A program made the translations under genes and the position numbers. This document shows, one piece after another, positions 24,770-34,839 of a DNA stretch of 64,000 nucleotides. Within the stretch, counting starts at the first letter, position 1. Each line of letters opens with the position of its first letter. Under the pieces are notes generated by a model, which ran no database searches, had not been told where the DNA came from, and saw only the letters and a program-made list of their open reading frames with translations. The stretch is from Alphaproteobacteria bacterium (lineage in GTDB: Bacteria; Pseudomonadota; Alphaproteobacteria; SMXQ01). Location of the stretch: positions 114,916-178,915 of the forward strand of contig JBJHBM010000001.1 of NCBI GenBank assembly GCA_050485485.1, written 5' to 3'.

Positions 24770-25771
24770 CGCCGCGCCGCGCGCGAGCGCGGCGGCGAAG
24801 GCCGCCGGATCGACGTTGCCGCCCGATGCCACCGCGACGACGGTCCTGCCGCGCAGGTCGAACATCTCCCCCAGCCGCCCCGTCACCACGGCGGCGAGCG
24901 CGATCGCGCCGGACGGCTCCAGCACCAGCTTCAGGTCCGCGAAGGCGGCATGGAGCCCCCGGCAGGTCTCGTCGTCCGAAAGCGCGAGCACGCCCGCCGC
25001 GTTCGCGCGGTTGATCGGGAACGTGATCTCGCCCGGCAGCGGCGCGGTCAGCGCGTCACAGACGGTGGCGCCGGCGCCCGGCCCGCCCTCGGCGCCGACG
25101 CGTCGCCCGGCCGCGAACGAGCGCCGGGTATCGTCGCAGGCGGCGGGCTCGACGAGGAACACCCGCGCCGCGGGCGCGAGCGCCTTCACCGCGGTCGAGA
25201 TTCCGGCGGCGAGGCCGCCGCCGCCGCACGGGATCACCACGGCGTCGGGCACCGTACCCAGCGCCGCCGCCTGGGCCACGATCTCGAGCCCGATGGTGCC
25301 CTGGCCCGCGATCACCTGCGGGTGGTCGAAGGACGGCACGACGGCGGCGCCGCCGCGCGCGCGGGCGATGTCCTCGGCGATCGCCACGCGGTCGTCGCGA
25401 AAGCGGTCATAGAACACCAGCTCTGCGCCCCAGGCGCGCGTGCCCGCCTGCTTGACGGCGGGCGTGTCGCGCGGCACCACGATGGTCGCCGCGGCACCCG
25501 CGAGATGCGCGGCGGCGGCGACCCCCTGGGCGTGGTTGCCGGTGGAGAAGGCGACCACCCCGCGCCGCAGCTCCTCGGGCGCGAGGCGGGAGACGCGATT
25601 GTAGGCGCCGCGGAACTTGAACGAGCCGGTGAGCTGCAGGTTCTCCGCCTTCACCAGCAGGCGGCAGTCGAGGCGCGCGTTGAGCAGCGGCGCTTCGAGC
25701 AGCGGCGTCGCCACGGCCTTGCCGGCGATGCGCGCCGCTGCCTGCCGGATGTCGTCGAGCGTGACCGTCAA
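24761..25771 (-). CDS. PLP-dependent threonine/serine dehydratase-like enzyme (tryptophan-synthase-beta fold)
   Basis: TTG start at 25771 after GGGGAGGACGGA, giving MTVTLDDIRQAAARIAG.... PLP-lysine motif SFKFRGA. Gly-rich loop GGGGL. 337 aa. Confidence 0.8.
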   Translation of the reverse strand: MTVTLDDIRQAAARIAGKAVATPLLEAPLLNARLDCRLLVKAENLQLTGSFKFRGAYNRVSRLAPEELRRGVVAFSTGNHAQGVAAAAHLAGAAATIVVPRDTPAVKQAGTRAWGAELVFYDRFRDDRVAIAEDIARARGGAAVVPSFDHPQVIAGQGTIGLEIVAQAAALGTVPDAVVIPCGGGGLAAGISTAVKALAPAARVFLVEPAACDDTRRSFAAGRRVGAEGGPGAGATVCDALTAPLPGEITFPINRANAAGVLALSDDETCRGLHAAFADLKLVLEPSGAIALAAVVTGRLGEMFDLRGRTVVAVASGGNVDPAAFAAALARGAASG

Positions 25772-25895
25772 TCCGTCCTCCCCGGCGGCGGAGGATAGCG
25801 GAGGCGCCGGGCGCGCAGAAGGGAGAAGGGGGCCGGCTATACAGCGGGGGGGCCGCTCGGGCATACTCGGCGCCGTTTTGGGGAGGCCCGGGGGA

Positions 25896-26426
25896 ATGAC
25901 CGACAATTCCAGCGCGCTCGCCGTCCTGGCGGGGCGGATCGATGCGTTGAACGAGGCGCTCGGGCGCGTCGTCGCGTGGGGCTTCCTGGGGCTGGTGGCG
26001 CTCCAGTTCGCCGCCGTGGTGCTGCGCTACGTCTTCGGCCTCGGCTGGATCTGGCTCGAGGAATCGGTCATCTACGTCCATGCGACCCTGTTCATGGCGG
26101 GCGCCGCCTACACGCTGCTCCACGACGGCCACGTGCGGGTCGATATCTTCTACCAGGAGGCCGGGGCGCGCGCCCGGGCCTGGGTGGACCTGCTCGGCGC
26201 GCTCGGCCTCCTGGTCCCGGTGTCGGCGCTGATCCTGGCCTATAGCTGGCCCTACGTCGCGGCAAGCTGGGCGATCCTCGAGGGCTCGCCCGAATCGGGC
26301 GGTATTCCCGCCCTGTTCCTGCTCAAGTCCCTGATCCCGCTGTTCGCCGTGACCCTGATCCTGCAGGGCCTCTCGATGGCGGCGGGCGCGGCGCTCGCGC
26401 TCCGCCGGCGGGATGCGGCCGCGTGA
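25896..26426 (+). CDS. dctQ: TRAP transporter small permease subunit (DctQ)
   Basis: ATG 25896 after GGGAGG. 176 aa, 4 TM segments, typical DctQ length. The stop overlaps the dctM start. Confidence 0.8.
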   Translation: MTDNSSALAVLAGRIDALNEALGRVVAWGFLGLVALQFAAVVLRYVFGLGWIWLEESVIYVHATLFMAGAAYTLLHDGHVRVDIFYQEAGARARAWVDLLGALGLLVPVSALILAYSWPYVAASWAILEGSPESGGIPALFLLKSLIPLFAVTLILQGLSMAAGAALALRRRDAAA

Positions 26427-27985
26427 TGGCGACGGCGCTCGCCTTCGGCATGTTCGCGACGACCTGCGGGCTCCTGCTCGCGGGCTTTCCGGTCGCTTTC
26501 ACGCTGGCGGGCGGCGCGCTCGCCTTCGCCGTCCTCGGCAGCCTTCTCGGCGCGTTCGACATCGCTTTCCTCGGCGCCTTCGTGCCGCAGATCTTCGGGC
26601 GCATGACCAACGCCGTGCTGGTCGCGGTACCGCTGTTCGTGTTCATGGGCGTGATGCTGGAGCGCTCGCGCGTGGCCGAGGATCTGCTCGAGACTCTAGG
26701 CAACCTGTTCGGGCGCGTGACGGGCGGGCTCGGCATTGCCGTGATCCTGGTGGGTGCGTTGCTGGCGGCTTCCACCGGAATCATCGGCGCGACCGTGGTG
26801 ACGATGGGCCTGATCTCGCTGCCGACCATGCTGCGGCGCGGCTACGATCCCAGGCTCGCCGCCGGCTCGATCTGCGCGGCGGGCACGCTCGGCCAGATCA
26901 TTCCGCCCTCGCTGGTGCTGGTGCTGCTGGGAGAGGTGATGGCGACCGCCTACCAGCAGTCGCAGCTGCGGGCGGGCAATTTCGCGCCCGATACCCTGTC
27001 GGTGGGCGACCTGTTCGCAGGTGCGCTGCTGCCGGGGTTGGTGCTGGTCGGGCTGTTCCTCGTCTATCAGGTCGTGGCCGCCTGGTTGCGGCCGGAGGCG
27101 GCGCCGCCGGTGCGCGCGGCGGGCGAAGGACTCGCGCCGGGGGAAATCCGGCGGGTGGCGGTGGTGCTGGTACCGCCGGTGGCGCTGATCGTCGCCGTGC
27201 TGGGCTCGATCCTGGGCGGAATCGCCACGCCGACGGAGGCCGCGGCGGTGGGGGCCGTGGGCGCGACGCTGCTCGCGGCGCGGCGCATCGACCCCGGCGC
27301 GCGGACGGCGGTGTTCGTAACGCTGGCGGCGCTCGGGGCACTGCTGGCGCTCACCGCCTTCATGGACCTGCGCGTCGGTCGCGCCCAGGCGACGCTGGCC
27401 GAGCGCGTCGGCATCGGCGTCGCGGCCGTGCTGGCGGTTGCCGCGGCCTGGGGCACGGCGACGGCCTTCGTGCGGCTCCATCGTGCGGGCGTGCTCGGGC
27501 CGGTGATGCGGGGCTCTCTCACGATCACGGCGATGGTGTTCGCCATCCTGATCGGCGCGGCGCTGTTCGCGCTCGTGTTCCGCGGCCTCGGCGGGGACCA
27601 TGCCGTGCATGGTTTCCTGCAGGGCCTGCCGGGCGGGGTGGCGGGGGCGGTGATCCTGGTGATGGCGGTGATGTTCCTGCTCGGCTTCTTCCTCGACGTG
27701 ATCGAGATCATCTACGTCGTGGTGCCGATCGTCGCGCCGCCGCTCCTGCTGCTGGGGGTGGACCCGATCTGGCTCGGCGTGCTGATCGCGGTCAACCTGC
27801 AGACCAGCTTCCTCACGCCGCCGTTCGGCTTTGCGCTGTTCTACCTGCGCGGCGTCGCGCCCCCGGAGGTGCGCACCATCGACATATACCGGGGCGTGGC
27901 GCCGTTCATCGCGCTCCAGCTCCTGATGCTGGCGATCCTCGCGCTGTTCCCGGCGCTGGCCCTGTGGCTGCCGCGGGCGTTGTGA
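26426..27985 (+). CDS. dctM: TRAP transporter large permease subunit (DctM)
   Basis: About 520 aa polytopic membrane protein of DctM length, directly coupled to dctQ. Confidence 0.9.
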   Translation: MATALAFGMFATTCGLLLAGFPVAFTLAGGALAFAVLGSLLGAFDIAFLGAFVPQIFGRMTNAVLVAVPLFVFMGVMLERSRVAEDLLETLGNLFGRVTGGLGIAVILVGALLAASTGIIGATVVTMGLISLPTMLRRGYDPRLAAGSICAAGTLGQIIPPSLVLVLLGEVMATAYQQSQLRAGNFAPDTLSVGDLFAGALLPGLVLVGLFLVYQVVAAWLRPEAAPPVRAAGEGLAPGEIRRVAVVLVPPVALIVAVLGSILGGIATPTEAAAVGAVGATLLAARRIDPGARTAVFVTLAALGALLALTAFMDLRVGRAQATLAERVGIGVAAVLAVAAAWGTATAFVRLHRAGVLGPVMRGSLTITAMVFAILIGAALFALVFRGLGGDHAVHGFLQGLPGGVAGAVILVMAVMFLLGFFLDVIEIIYVVVPIVAPPLLLLGVDPIWLGVLIAVNLQTSFLTPPFGFALFYLRGVAPPEVRTIDIYRGVAPFIALQLLMLAILALFPALALWLPRAL

Positions 27986-28069
27986 GGCCCCGAGCCGCCA
28001 CGGAAAAAGGACGCCTCCCGTCAGGGAGGCGCCCCCGGATCCTTCGCGACGGTGCGCGGACCTATTTGT

Positions 28070-29146
28070 TCATTTTTTCTTGGGCTGGCTGCACAGGTCG
28101 CCCTGGCAGCGCCCGATCCCGCTCTCGTCCGCGAGGTATTCCTTGACCCGCGCGATCACCGCGGGCGGCGCGGTGAACAGTTCGTTGAGCAACTTGGCGA
28201 CCTGCTCGCCGTCGCGCGGCGAGATGTCCTGGCGGCGCTTCTCCGCGTCGGCCAGGTACTTCGGGTCCTGGACGGCCTTCGTGAAGGCGGCGCGATGCGT
28301 GGCCACTGCCTCCTTGGGCGTTCCCGGCGCGAGCGCGAACGGGACCGTGATCTCGCTCGGGGTCAGGAACAGCTGCATGGCGAGCTTGTCCTGGGGGTCC
28401 TTGATCAGGTTCATGATGTTGGGCACGCCCGGCGGCAGCTCGGGATTGGGGTCGATGGTCACGTCGAGCAGGAACTTCACCTTCTTCTCGCTGATCCAGT
28501 CGGGGCGGGACGTCTTGAGCGAATCGTAGGTCAGGCAGCGGCCGTCGACCTCGCCGCGCTCGACCGCGAGCACCGAGCCGGCCCCGCCGTAGCCTGCGAT
28601 CGGCTTCATCTTGGTGCCGAGCGTGCGGTTGACCATGATCGGCAGCAGCGTGGAGTTGGACCGCGCTCCGGTGGCGGAGATCGTCATCTCCTTGGCCTGC
28701 ATGTCCGCGACGTTGTTGAAGGGGTGGGTATGCCAGACGAAGCACATGCTGCGCCCGCTGGAAAGGCTGCCGACCCATTCGAAGCCGCGGATGTCGTAAT
28801 CGAGCTTTTCATCGCCGAAGGCCGCGGCCTGGATCGGCCCGCCCGCCATCGTCGTCATGGCGGTGCCGTCCTTGGCGCCCTGGGCGTAGGTGAAGGCGAC
28901 CGCCTGCATGCCGCCCGCGCCGAACATGTTGCGGACGATGATGGTGGGATTGCCCGGCAGGTGGTTGGCGTAATGCGGCATGAAGGTCCGCGTGAAAAGG
29001 TCCACCCCCGCGCCGGGCTGGCCGCCGGCATAGACGGTGATGGTCTTTCCCCTGAAGTCGGTCTGGGCCTGGAGCCCGCCCGACGACCAGAGCCCGGCAA
29101 GCAGCGCGCTCGCCGCCGTGAGCATCAGGTTCCGTGCAATGCGCAT
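28070..29146 (-). CDS. Bug/TctC-family solute-binding protein (orphan) with short C-terminal CxxxxC...KKK tail
   Basis: ATG 29146. Signal peptide MRIARNLMLTAASALLAGLWSSGG. TDFRGKTITVYAGGQPGAGVDLFTRTF...FGAGG. C-terminus ADESGIGRCQGDLCSQPKKK. 358 aa. Convergent with dctM. Confidence 0.85.
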   Translation of the reverse strand: MRIARNLMLTAASALLAGLWSSGGLQAQTDFRGKTITVYAGGQPGAGVDLFTRTFMPHYANHLPGNPTIIVRNMFGAGGMQAVAFTYAQGAKDGTAMTTMAGGPIQAAAFGDEKLDYDIRGFEWVGSLSSGRSMCFVWHTHPFNNVADMQAKEMTISATGARSNSTLLPIMVNRTLGTKMKPIAGYGGAGSVLAVERGEVDGRCLTYDSLKTSRPDWISEKKVKFLLDVTIDPNPELPPGVPNIMNLIKDPQDKLAMQLFLTPSEITVPFALAPGTPKEAVATHRAAFTKAVQDPKYLADAEKRRQDISPRDGEQVAKLLNELFTAPPAVIARVKEYLADESGIGRCQGDLCSQPKKK

Positions 29147-29301
29147 GAGTCTCTCTCTCCTGTTGAACGCGTTCACGTCGCTATTGTCGTTCTTCGCTCC
29201 GGCTCGGGGCCGGTTCCATGTCCGAAGGCGCGGGCAGGGCAGGGGACCGGACCGCCCGTCGAGCGTTGCGACTGTAGCCGCAGAGGCAGGCGCGGGAAAT
29301 C

Positions 29302-31368
29302 CTATTTCCCCAGCTCGTGGGGCGCGGCGACCTGCACCCGTCCGGCGTTGAACACGGCGCGGTAGACCTGGACGTTCTCGATCACGCGCTGGACGTAGTT
29401 GCGGGTTTCGTCGAACGGGATCAGCTCGATCCAGTCGATGGCGTCCACCCCGTCCGTGCGGAAGTCGCCGTTGCGGCGCAACCACTGGCGCGCCCGGCCC
29501 GGCCCGGCGTTGTAGGCGGCGAGCGCGAGGATGTAGGAGCCGTCGAACTCCCGTAGGACGCGCGCAAAATAGGCGGTGCCGATGGCGAGGTTGTAGTCGG
29601 GATCTTCGAGCAGCCGTTCGCGCGAGAACGGCAGGCCGATGTCGCGTGCGACCACCCGGGCCGTCGCCGGCATCACCTGCATCAGGCCGCGTGCGCCGGC
29701 CCAGCTCACGGCATCCGTGTTGAAGCCGCTTTCCTGGCGCATCAGCGCGAGCAGGACGCTCTCCTCCAGTCCGCGCAGGTCGCGCGGCAGCGGCCCGCGC
29801 GGCCAGCCCGCCTCGATCAGATGCACGCCTGCCCTGAGCGAATCCTTGGCCGCCCAGACGGCCACGTCGTGGCGGCCGGCGGCGAGCGCGATCCGTGCCG
29901 CGAGCGCGTGCTCGGCCGGGCTCTCGGCGAGCCGGACGAGATGGCGGACGAAGGTACGGAAGTGATCGGGCTCGCGGCTCGCGGCCATGATCTCCGCGGC
30001 GCGCACGACCTCGCGGCCGGCGAAGGCCGCGACGGCGGCGTCGCCGATGTCGGGCTCGGGCGGGATGGCATGTCCCTGGAGCGGGGCGGCCCCCTTGCCG
30101 TCGAGGCGCGCGACGGCAAGCTGGCCGTAGAACGTGGTGATGTGACGGGCGGCGCGTCCGTACCACGCGAGCGCAGTTTCCGTGTCGCCGAGCGCCTCGG
30201 CGGCGCGTCCGGACCAATAGGCGCCGCGCGCGAGGCTCACCGGGAAATTGACCTTCTCGTGGAGCCGCGTGAAGTGGGTCAGTGCGGTCTGCGGCTCCTT
30301 GAGGAAGCGGAGCGCGATGAAGCCCGCGAGCCACTCGGCTTCCGCGAAACCTTCGCCTTCGGTGTTGGGATGGTCGGCCGCGAGCCGGTAGGCGCGCGTG
30401 ACCTGGCCGGCGTCGAGCGCGCGACGCGCGAGGATATGCTGCTCGGTCCACACCAGGTCGGGGCGCGGAACGGTCTTGGGGATGTCCTTGAGCGCGTCGA
30501 GCGCATCGTCGTCGCGGCCCTTGCGGCGGCGCCAGCGCATGCGTTCGTAGACGAGGCCGGGATCGGAGGCCAGCTCGTCGGGCACGCGCCGGATCGCGCC
30601 GTCCACGCCGCCCTTCATGTCGCGCAGCGCCATGCGCGCGGTGGCGAGCGCGGCATGGCCGGCGCCCACGCGCCGCAGCATCCGGTTGGCCTCCCAGCCG
30701 CGTCCGTCCCACACCAGCCGGTCGAGACGGCGCGCGTGGTCCTCGGCGGTGAGATGGCGGCGGAAGCGGTCGTAGAAGGCGCGCTCCACGGCAGGCGGGA
30801 AATTGTGCTCGACCCAGGCCGCGCGGATCGCCTTTTCGGCGTCGTCGCGGCGGCCCGTGGCGAGCAGGGCGCCGGCGTGGTGCATCGCGCCCTTGGGCGT
30901 CACGGGCGGATATTTCGCGAACCAGTCGGCCACGCGGTCGGCGGGGACGGCGTCGTTCAGGGCCTCCTCGGCGGTCTCACGCATGGCGCGCTGGCGCGGC
31001 CAGTCGGGATGGGCCTCGATGAAGGCGGCAACCTCGTCGAAGGTGGCGCGTTCGCCGCCCGCGCTGAAGCGCGACCACGACACGATCTTCGCCACCACCG
31101 GATCGCCGGTCCGCTCGGCGAGGGCTTGCGCCTTGGGCCAGTCGCGCAGGCCGATGGCGGCGAACACGTGCTCGAGGCTGCGTTCGACGGGGGTGCGCGG
31201 CGGCACGGGGGCGAAGCGCGGGACGCCCGCCTGGGCGCTGCTCGCGCCGCTCGCCTGGGCGGCGCTGCTGGCGATGTCGTCGGCGGCCGCCGCCGCGCCC
31301 TGCGGCACGAGGGCCGCAAGGGCGGCGCACAGCGCGGCCGAAACCACGCCTTTCGGTAGCGAGACCAT
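29302..31368 (-). CDS. slt: Soluble lytic murein transglycosylase (Slt70 family)
   Basis: 688 aa with a signal peptide. Superhelical N-terminal domain. SLT catalytic motifs MRQESGFN, GLMQVMP and AYNAGPGR. Confidence 0.85.
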   Translation of the reverse strand: MVSLPKGVVSAALCAALAALVPQGAAAAADDIASSAAQASGASSAQAGVPRFAPVPPRTPVERSLEHVFAAIGLRDWPKAQALAERTGDPVVAKIVSWSRFSAGGERATFDEVAAFIEAHPDWPRQRAMRETAEEALNDAVPADRVADWFAKYPPVTPKGAMHHAGALLATGRRDDAEKAIRAAWVEHNFPPAVERAFYDRFRRHLTAEDHARRLDRLVWDGRGWEANRMLRRVGAGHAALATARMALRDMKGGVDGAIRRVPDELASDPGLVYERMRWRRRKGRDDDALDALKDIPKTVPRPDLVWTEQHILARRALDAGQVTRAYRLAADHPNTEGEGFAEAEWLAGFIALRFLKEPQTALTHFTRLHEKVNFPVSLARGAYWSGRAAEALGDTETALAWYGRAARHITTFYGQLAVARLDGKGAAPLQGHAIPPEPDIGDAAVAAFAGREVVRAAEIMAASREPDHFRTFVRHLVRLAESPAEHALAARIALAAGRHDVAVWAAKDSLRAGVHLIEAGWPRGPLPRDLRGLEESVLLALMRQESGFNTDAVSWAGARGLMQVMPATARVVARDIGLPFSRERLLEDPDYNLAIGTAYFARVLREFDGSYILALAAYNAGPGRARQWLRRNGDFRTDGVDAIDWIELIPFDETRNYVQRVIENVQVYRAVFNAGRVQVAAPHELGK

Positions 31369-31542
31369 GATCCTCACGCTCGGAAAGTTACGGCACACAG
31401 CGTCTCGGCGCCCCGTCGCGCCGGCTGTCCCCAAGGCGGCCCGTGCCGGCGGCGTGCGCCGGCTATTCTAGGGGAGGTTTTGGTTAATTCAATATTAGCG
31501 CCATTAGCGGCGCCAACGCTGCCGCCGCCGGGTCCGGACCGG

Positions 31543-33186
31543 CTACCGGCCACCCTCCGCCCGCATGAAGGCGCGCAGAGATTCCGCGTTGCGCTCGACC
31601 CAGTCGGCGGCGACGGCGGTGTTGTCGCGCTCGCCGCCCACCATGTCGAAAATCAGCGCGATGAGGTCTTCGTAGTCGATCGCGAACGCCTCCAGGAAGG
31701 CGGCAAGCTCGGGATGGGCCTCGGCGATGTAACGGGAATAGGCGCGGTGAACGGTGACGGGCGGGCCGCCGCAGGCGGCGGTGGAGCGGTCGTACCACGG
31801 GCTGCCCGCGGCGTCGTCCGCGAGCCGGTAGCAGCTCGGCGAATGGGGCCGTTCGTTCAGCACCACGAGGTCGTGCTTGCGCAGGATCCAGTGCGGGCCG
31901 TAGCAATAGAACGCGACCGGCAGTTGTGCCGCGATCAGGCGGTCGAGGCCGCGGTAGAAGTCGCGCTCGCTGCCGGTCACGAGATCGAAATGCTGCTCGT
32001 AGCGGTGGTCGCGGGCCTTGATTCGCTCGATGCGGGTCGATTGCCAGCCTTCCTCGCCGATCCAGATTTGGCCGCGGCCGTCGCCGGTCGTGTCGAACAG
32101 GCGGGCGACGGAGGGATTGGCGAGGGCGGTGCGGCTGCGGACGGAGAAGCGCGCCAGCACGTAGCGCGGCACGCAGATACCCTGGGTCGCGACATAGCGC
32201 GCCGCGCTCAGGTGGGCATGGTCGGTCAGGAAACGGCGGTGGTTGGGGAGCCAGACGTCGGGGTGGATGTCGTAGCTGCGGTCGGACGCCTCGATCCCCG
32301 CGAGGATATCCTCGTTGGGGGCGGACACGACGATGGCCTGGATCGGGAACAGCCGTTCGATCGCCGCCTGGAGGAGATGGCCGGCCACGATGGCGGAATC
32401 CCAGTTGGGGATGCCGATCCGGACCATGCGGCGGGGATCGATCGCGTCGGCTTCAGGGCCCAGGGAAAGCGCCGCCGGGGGCGGCGGGGGCAGGCTGCGC
32501 GAGGCCGATACCTTGGCCCGGGAGGCTTGCGCCGCCGCCAGCGGGCGCCAGCCGCCGTCGCGCAGCGCGATCAGGTTGGCGGAGGGCGTCGCGAAGGCGA
32601 TCTGCGCTTCCTGCGGCAGGCGGCCGAACACGATTCCCACCACCTCGCCTTGCGCGTTGATGACCGGGCTGCCGCTGCTGCCCTGGGCGACGTTGGCGGA
32701 GATCTGGTACATCGGCGCGTCGCCGCGCGTGCGGATGCCGCTCACGAGCCCGTGGGACAGGGTGCGCGCATAGCCGAGCGGGTTGCCGATCACGTAGATC
32801 GTCTCGCCGACCTCGGGCCGGGCCACCGCCTCCAGCCTGAGGGCGTTGGCGGAGCGCTCCACCACCTCGATGATGGCGGTGTCGGCGGCGGGATCCGCGG
32901 CGACCGTGCGGCGCAGGGTGTAGAACGCGCCGTCGGCGTCCTCGATCGTGAGGCTGCGGGCGTCGTTGACGACGTGGTGGTTGGTGGCGATCAGGTGCGG
33001 CGCGACGAAGAACCCCGTACCGCGGAATGCCTTGCCGAGCAGGTCGGTCTTGCCGATCGTGACGACCGCGCGCTCCGACGAACGGAATATCTCCTGCGGC
33101 GTAAGCTCCTGGCCGGCCGCTGGCGCGCCCGCGACGGCGAGGGCGCTCCAGATGGCGGCCAGGAGGACAAGCGTGGTCCGTATCAT
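31543..33186 (-). CDS. Secreted trypsin-like serine protease (S1C) fused to a C-terminal OpuAC/ProX-type (glycine-betaine/choline-type) substrate-binding domain
   Basis: Signal peptide MIRTTLVLLAAIWSALAVAGA. Protease motifs ATNHHVV, ...D and GSSGSPV form the catalytic triad. The C-terminal ~280 aa start VRIGIPNWDSAIVAGHLLQAAIERL..., and with ...IWIGEEGW... they resemble ABC-type quaternary-amine binding proteins. Confidence 0.7.
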   Translation of the reverse strand: MIRTTLVLLAAIWSALAVAGAPAAGQELTPQEIFRSSERAVVTIGKTDLLGKAFRGTGFFVAPHLIATNHHVVNDARSLTIEDADGAFYTLRRTVAADPAADTAIIEVVERSANALRLEAVARPEVGETIYVIGNPLGYARTLSHGLVSGIRTRGDAPMYQISANVAQGSSGSPVINAQGEVVGIVFGRLPQEAQIAFATPSANLIALRDGGWRPLAAAQASRAKVSASRSLPPPPPAALSLGPEADAIDPRRMVRIGIPNWDSAIVAGHLLQAAIERLFPIQAIVVSAPNEDILAGIEASDRSYDIHPDVWLPNHRRFLTDHAHLSAARYVATQGICVPRYVLARFSVRSRTALANPSVARLFDTTGDGRGQIWIGEEGWQSTRIERIKARDHRYEQHFDLVTGSERDFYRGLDRLIAAQLPVAFYCYGPHWILRKHDLVVLNERPHSPSCYRLADDAAGSPWYDRSTAACGGPPVTVHRAYSRYIAEAHPELAAFLEAFAIDYEDLIALIFDMVGGERDNTAVAADWVERNAESLRAFMRAEGGR

Positions 33187-33441
33187 GGCCCACCTCCCGG
33201 TCCTGTTTCTTCCCGGCGCGCCATCTTGTGCGGCGTCGCAATGCCATACACTATCAAATTACCTCAAAAATAGGTAACATATTTGCTTGTTCACGCAAGT
33301 GAGGATGTGGCGTGCCGGCCTTCCCGGTAGCCGGAAGCCGGCCGGGAGCCGGCTTGGCAGCCTCTGCGGCGCGGTCTATGGTGCGCCCCACGCCGCAGGG
33401 CCGGGGCGCGCCGGCGGCCTCGCGAAGCTCGGGAGACGAGA

Positions 33442-34314
33442 ATGTTCAAGGGTTCCTTCACCGCGCTGATCACCCCGTTCCGGGGCGGCAAGGTGGACGA
33501 GAAGGCCTACCGGGACCTGGTCGAGCGCCAGATCGCGGCGGGCACGCACGGCCTGGTGCCGTGCGGCACCACCGGCGAATCGCCGACCCTCAGCCACGAG
33601 GAGCACATGCGCGTCACCGAGCTGTGCATCGAGGTGGCGAAGGGGCGCGTGCCGGTGATCGCGGGGACCGGCTCCAATTCCACCGAGGAGGCGATCACGC
33701 TGCAGCGCCACGCCAAGGAGGCGGGGGCCGATGCCGGGCTGGTGGTGACGCCCTACTACAACAAGCCGACCCAGGCCGGGCTGCTCGCGCACTACCGCGC
33801 GATCGCGGACGCGGTCGAGCTGCCGATCGTCATCTACAATATCCCCGGCCGCTCGGTGATCGACATGACGGTGGCGACGATGGCGGAGCTCGCGAAGCAT
33901 CCCAACATCGTCGGCGTCAAGGACGCGACCGCCGACCTCGCGCGGCCGCTGCGCACCCGGCTCGCCTGCGGCCCCGACTTCTGCCAGCTGTCGGGCGAGG
34001 ACGCGACCGCGGTGCCGTTCCTGGCCCAGGGCGGGGTGGGGTGCATCTCCGTCACCTCCAACATCGCTCCGCGCGAATGCGCCGCGCTGCACGACGCCTG
34101 GATGAAGGGCGACATGGCGACGGTGACGCGCCTCAACGACCTGCTGCTGCCCGTCCACGACGCGATGTTCTGCGAATCGAGCCCGGGGCCGGCCAAGTAC
34201 GCGGCCGAGCTGATGGGCCTGTGCGCGGGCGAGCTCAGGCTGCCGCTGGTACCGGTCTCGGACGCCGCGCGCCGGCGGGTCAAGGACGCGCTCGAGGGCG
34301 CGGGGCTGCTCTAG
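33442..34314 (+). CDS. dapA: 4-hydroxy-tetrahydrodipicolinate synthase
   Basis: [13 protein letters not shown]...GTTGE...active-site Lys region. 290 aa. Confidence 0.9.
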   Translation: MFKGSFTALITPFRGGKVDEKAYRDLVERQIAAGTHGLVPCGTTGESPTLSHEEHMRVTELCIEVAKGRVPVIAGTGSNSTEEAITLQRHAKEAGADAGLVVTPYYNKPTQAGLLAHYRAIADAVELPIVIYNIPGRSVIDMTVATMAELAKHPNIVGVKDATADLARPLRTRLACGPDFCQLSGEDATAVPFLAQGGVGCISVTSNIAPRECAALHDAWMKGDMATVTRLNDLLLPVHDAMFCESSPGPAKYAAELMGLCAGELRLPLVPVSDAARRRVKDALEGAGLL

Positions 34315-34319
34315 CGGCG

Positions 34320-34808
34320 ATGGCGAGGAAGGCCGCGCAGGCCGCCCGCGTCGAGGCGCAGCGCTACGTCGCCCAGAACCGCAAGGCGCGCCGCGACTAC
34401 GAGATCGCCGAGACGCTGGAGGCGGGGCTCGTGCTGACGGGCTCGGAGGTCAAGGGGCTGCGCGCGGGCGGCGCCAACCTCAACGACGCCTACGCGCGCG
34501 AGCAGGGCGGCGAGATCTGGCTGCTCAACGCCCATATCCCGGAATACCGGTTCGCCAACCGCGACGGCCACGCGCCCAAGCGCCCGCGCAAACTGCTGCT
34601 CCACAGGCGCCAGGTGGAGAAGCTGATCGGGGCCACCCAGCGCGAGGGCGTCACGGTGGTGCCGCTTTCGATCTACTTCAACGCGCGCGGCCGCGCCAAG
34701 GTCGAGCTCGGGCTCGCGCGCGGCCGGCGCAAGTTCGAGAAGCGCGAGGTCGAGAAGAAGCGCGACTGGCAGCGCGAGAAGGCGCGCGTGATGCGCGACA
34801 AAAGCTAG
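34320..34808 (+). CDS. smpB: SsrA-binding protein SmpB
   Basis: 162 aa. [13 protein letters not shown]..., [10 protein letters not shown] and [11 protein letters not shown] motifs. Confidence 0.9.
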   Translation: MARKAAQAARVEAQRYVAQNRKARRDYEIAETLEAGLVLTGSEVKGLRAGGANLNDAYAREQGGEIWLLNAHIPEYRFANRDGHAPKRPRKLLLHRRQVEKLIGATQREGVTVVPLSIYFNARGRAKVELGLARGRRKFEKREVEKKRDWQREKARVMRDKS

Positions 34809-34839
34809 GCGCGCACGATGCGCGGCAGGAGTTAAAGCA

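Noticed and set aside
26413-28146. 577-aa plus-strand ORF in another frame of dctM, and the Arg-rich ORFs 26696..27610 (-) and 27067..27711 (-)
   Set aside because: The DctM frame is hydrophobic and of family length. The others are low complexity.
28052-31447. 28052..29365 (+), 28062..28778 (-), the N-terminal 520 aa of the 880-aa ORF 28070..30712 (-), and 29821..31359 (+)
   Set aside because: Only the C-terminal 358 aa of the 880-aa ORF encode the TctC-family protein, with its own start, RBS and signal peptide. The upstream part overlaps the slt gene out of frame. The others are antisense.
31480-33277. 597-aa plus-strand ORF and 32453..33247 (-)
   Set aside because: Antisense or out of frame to the protease-OpuAC fusion gene.
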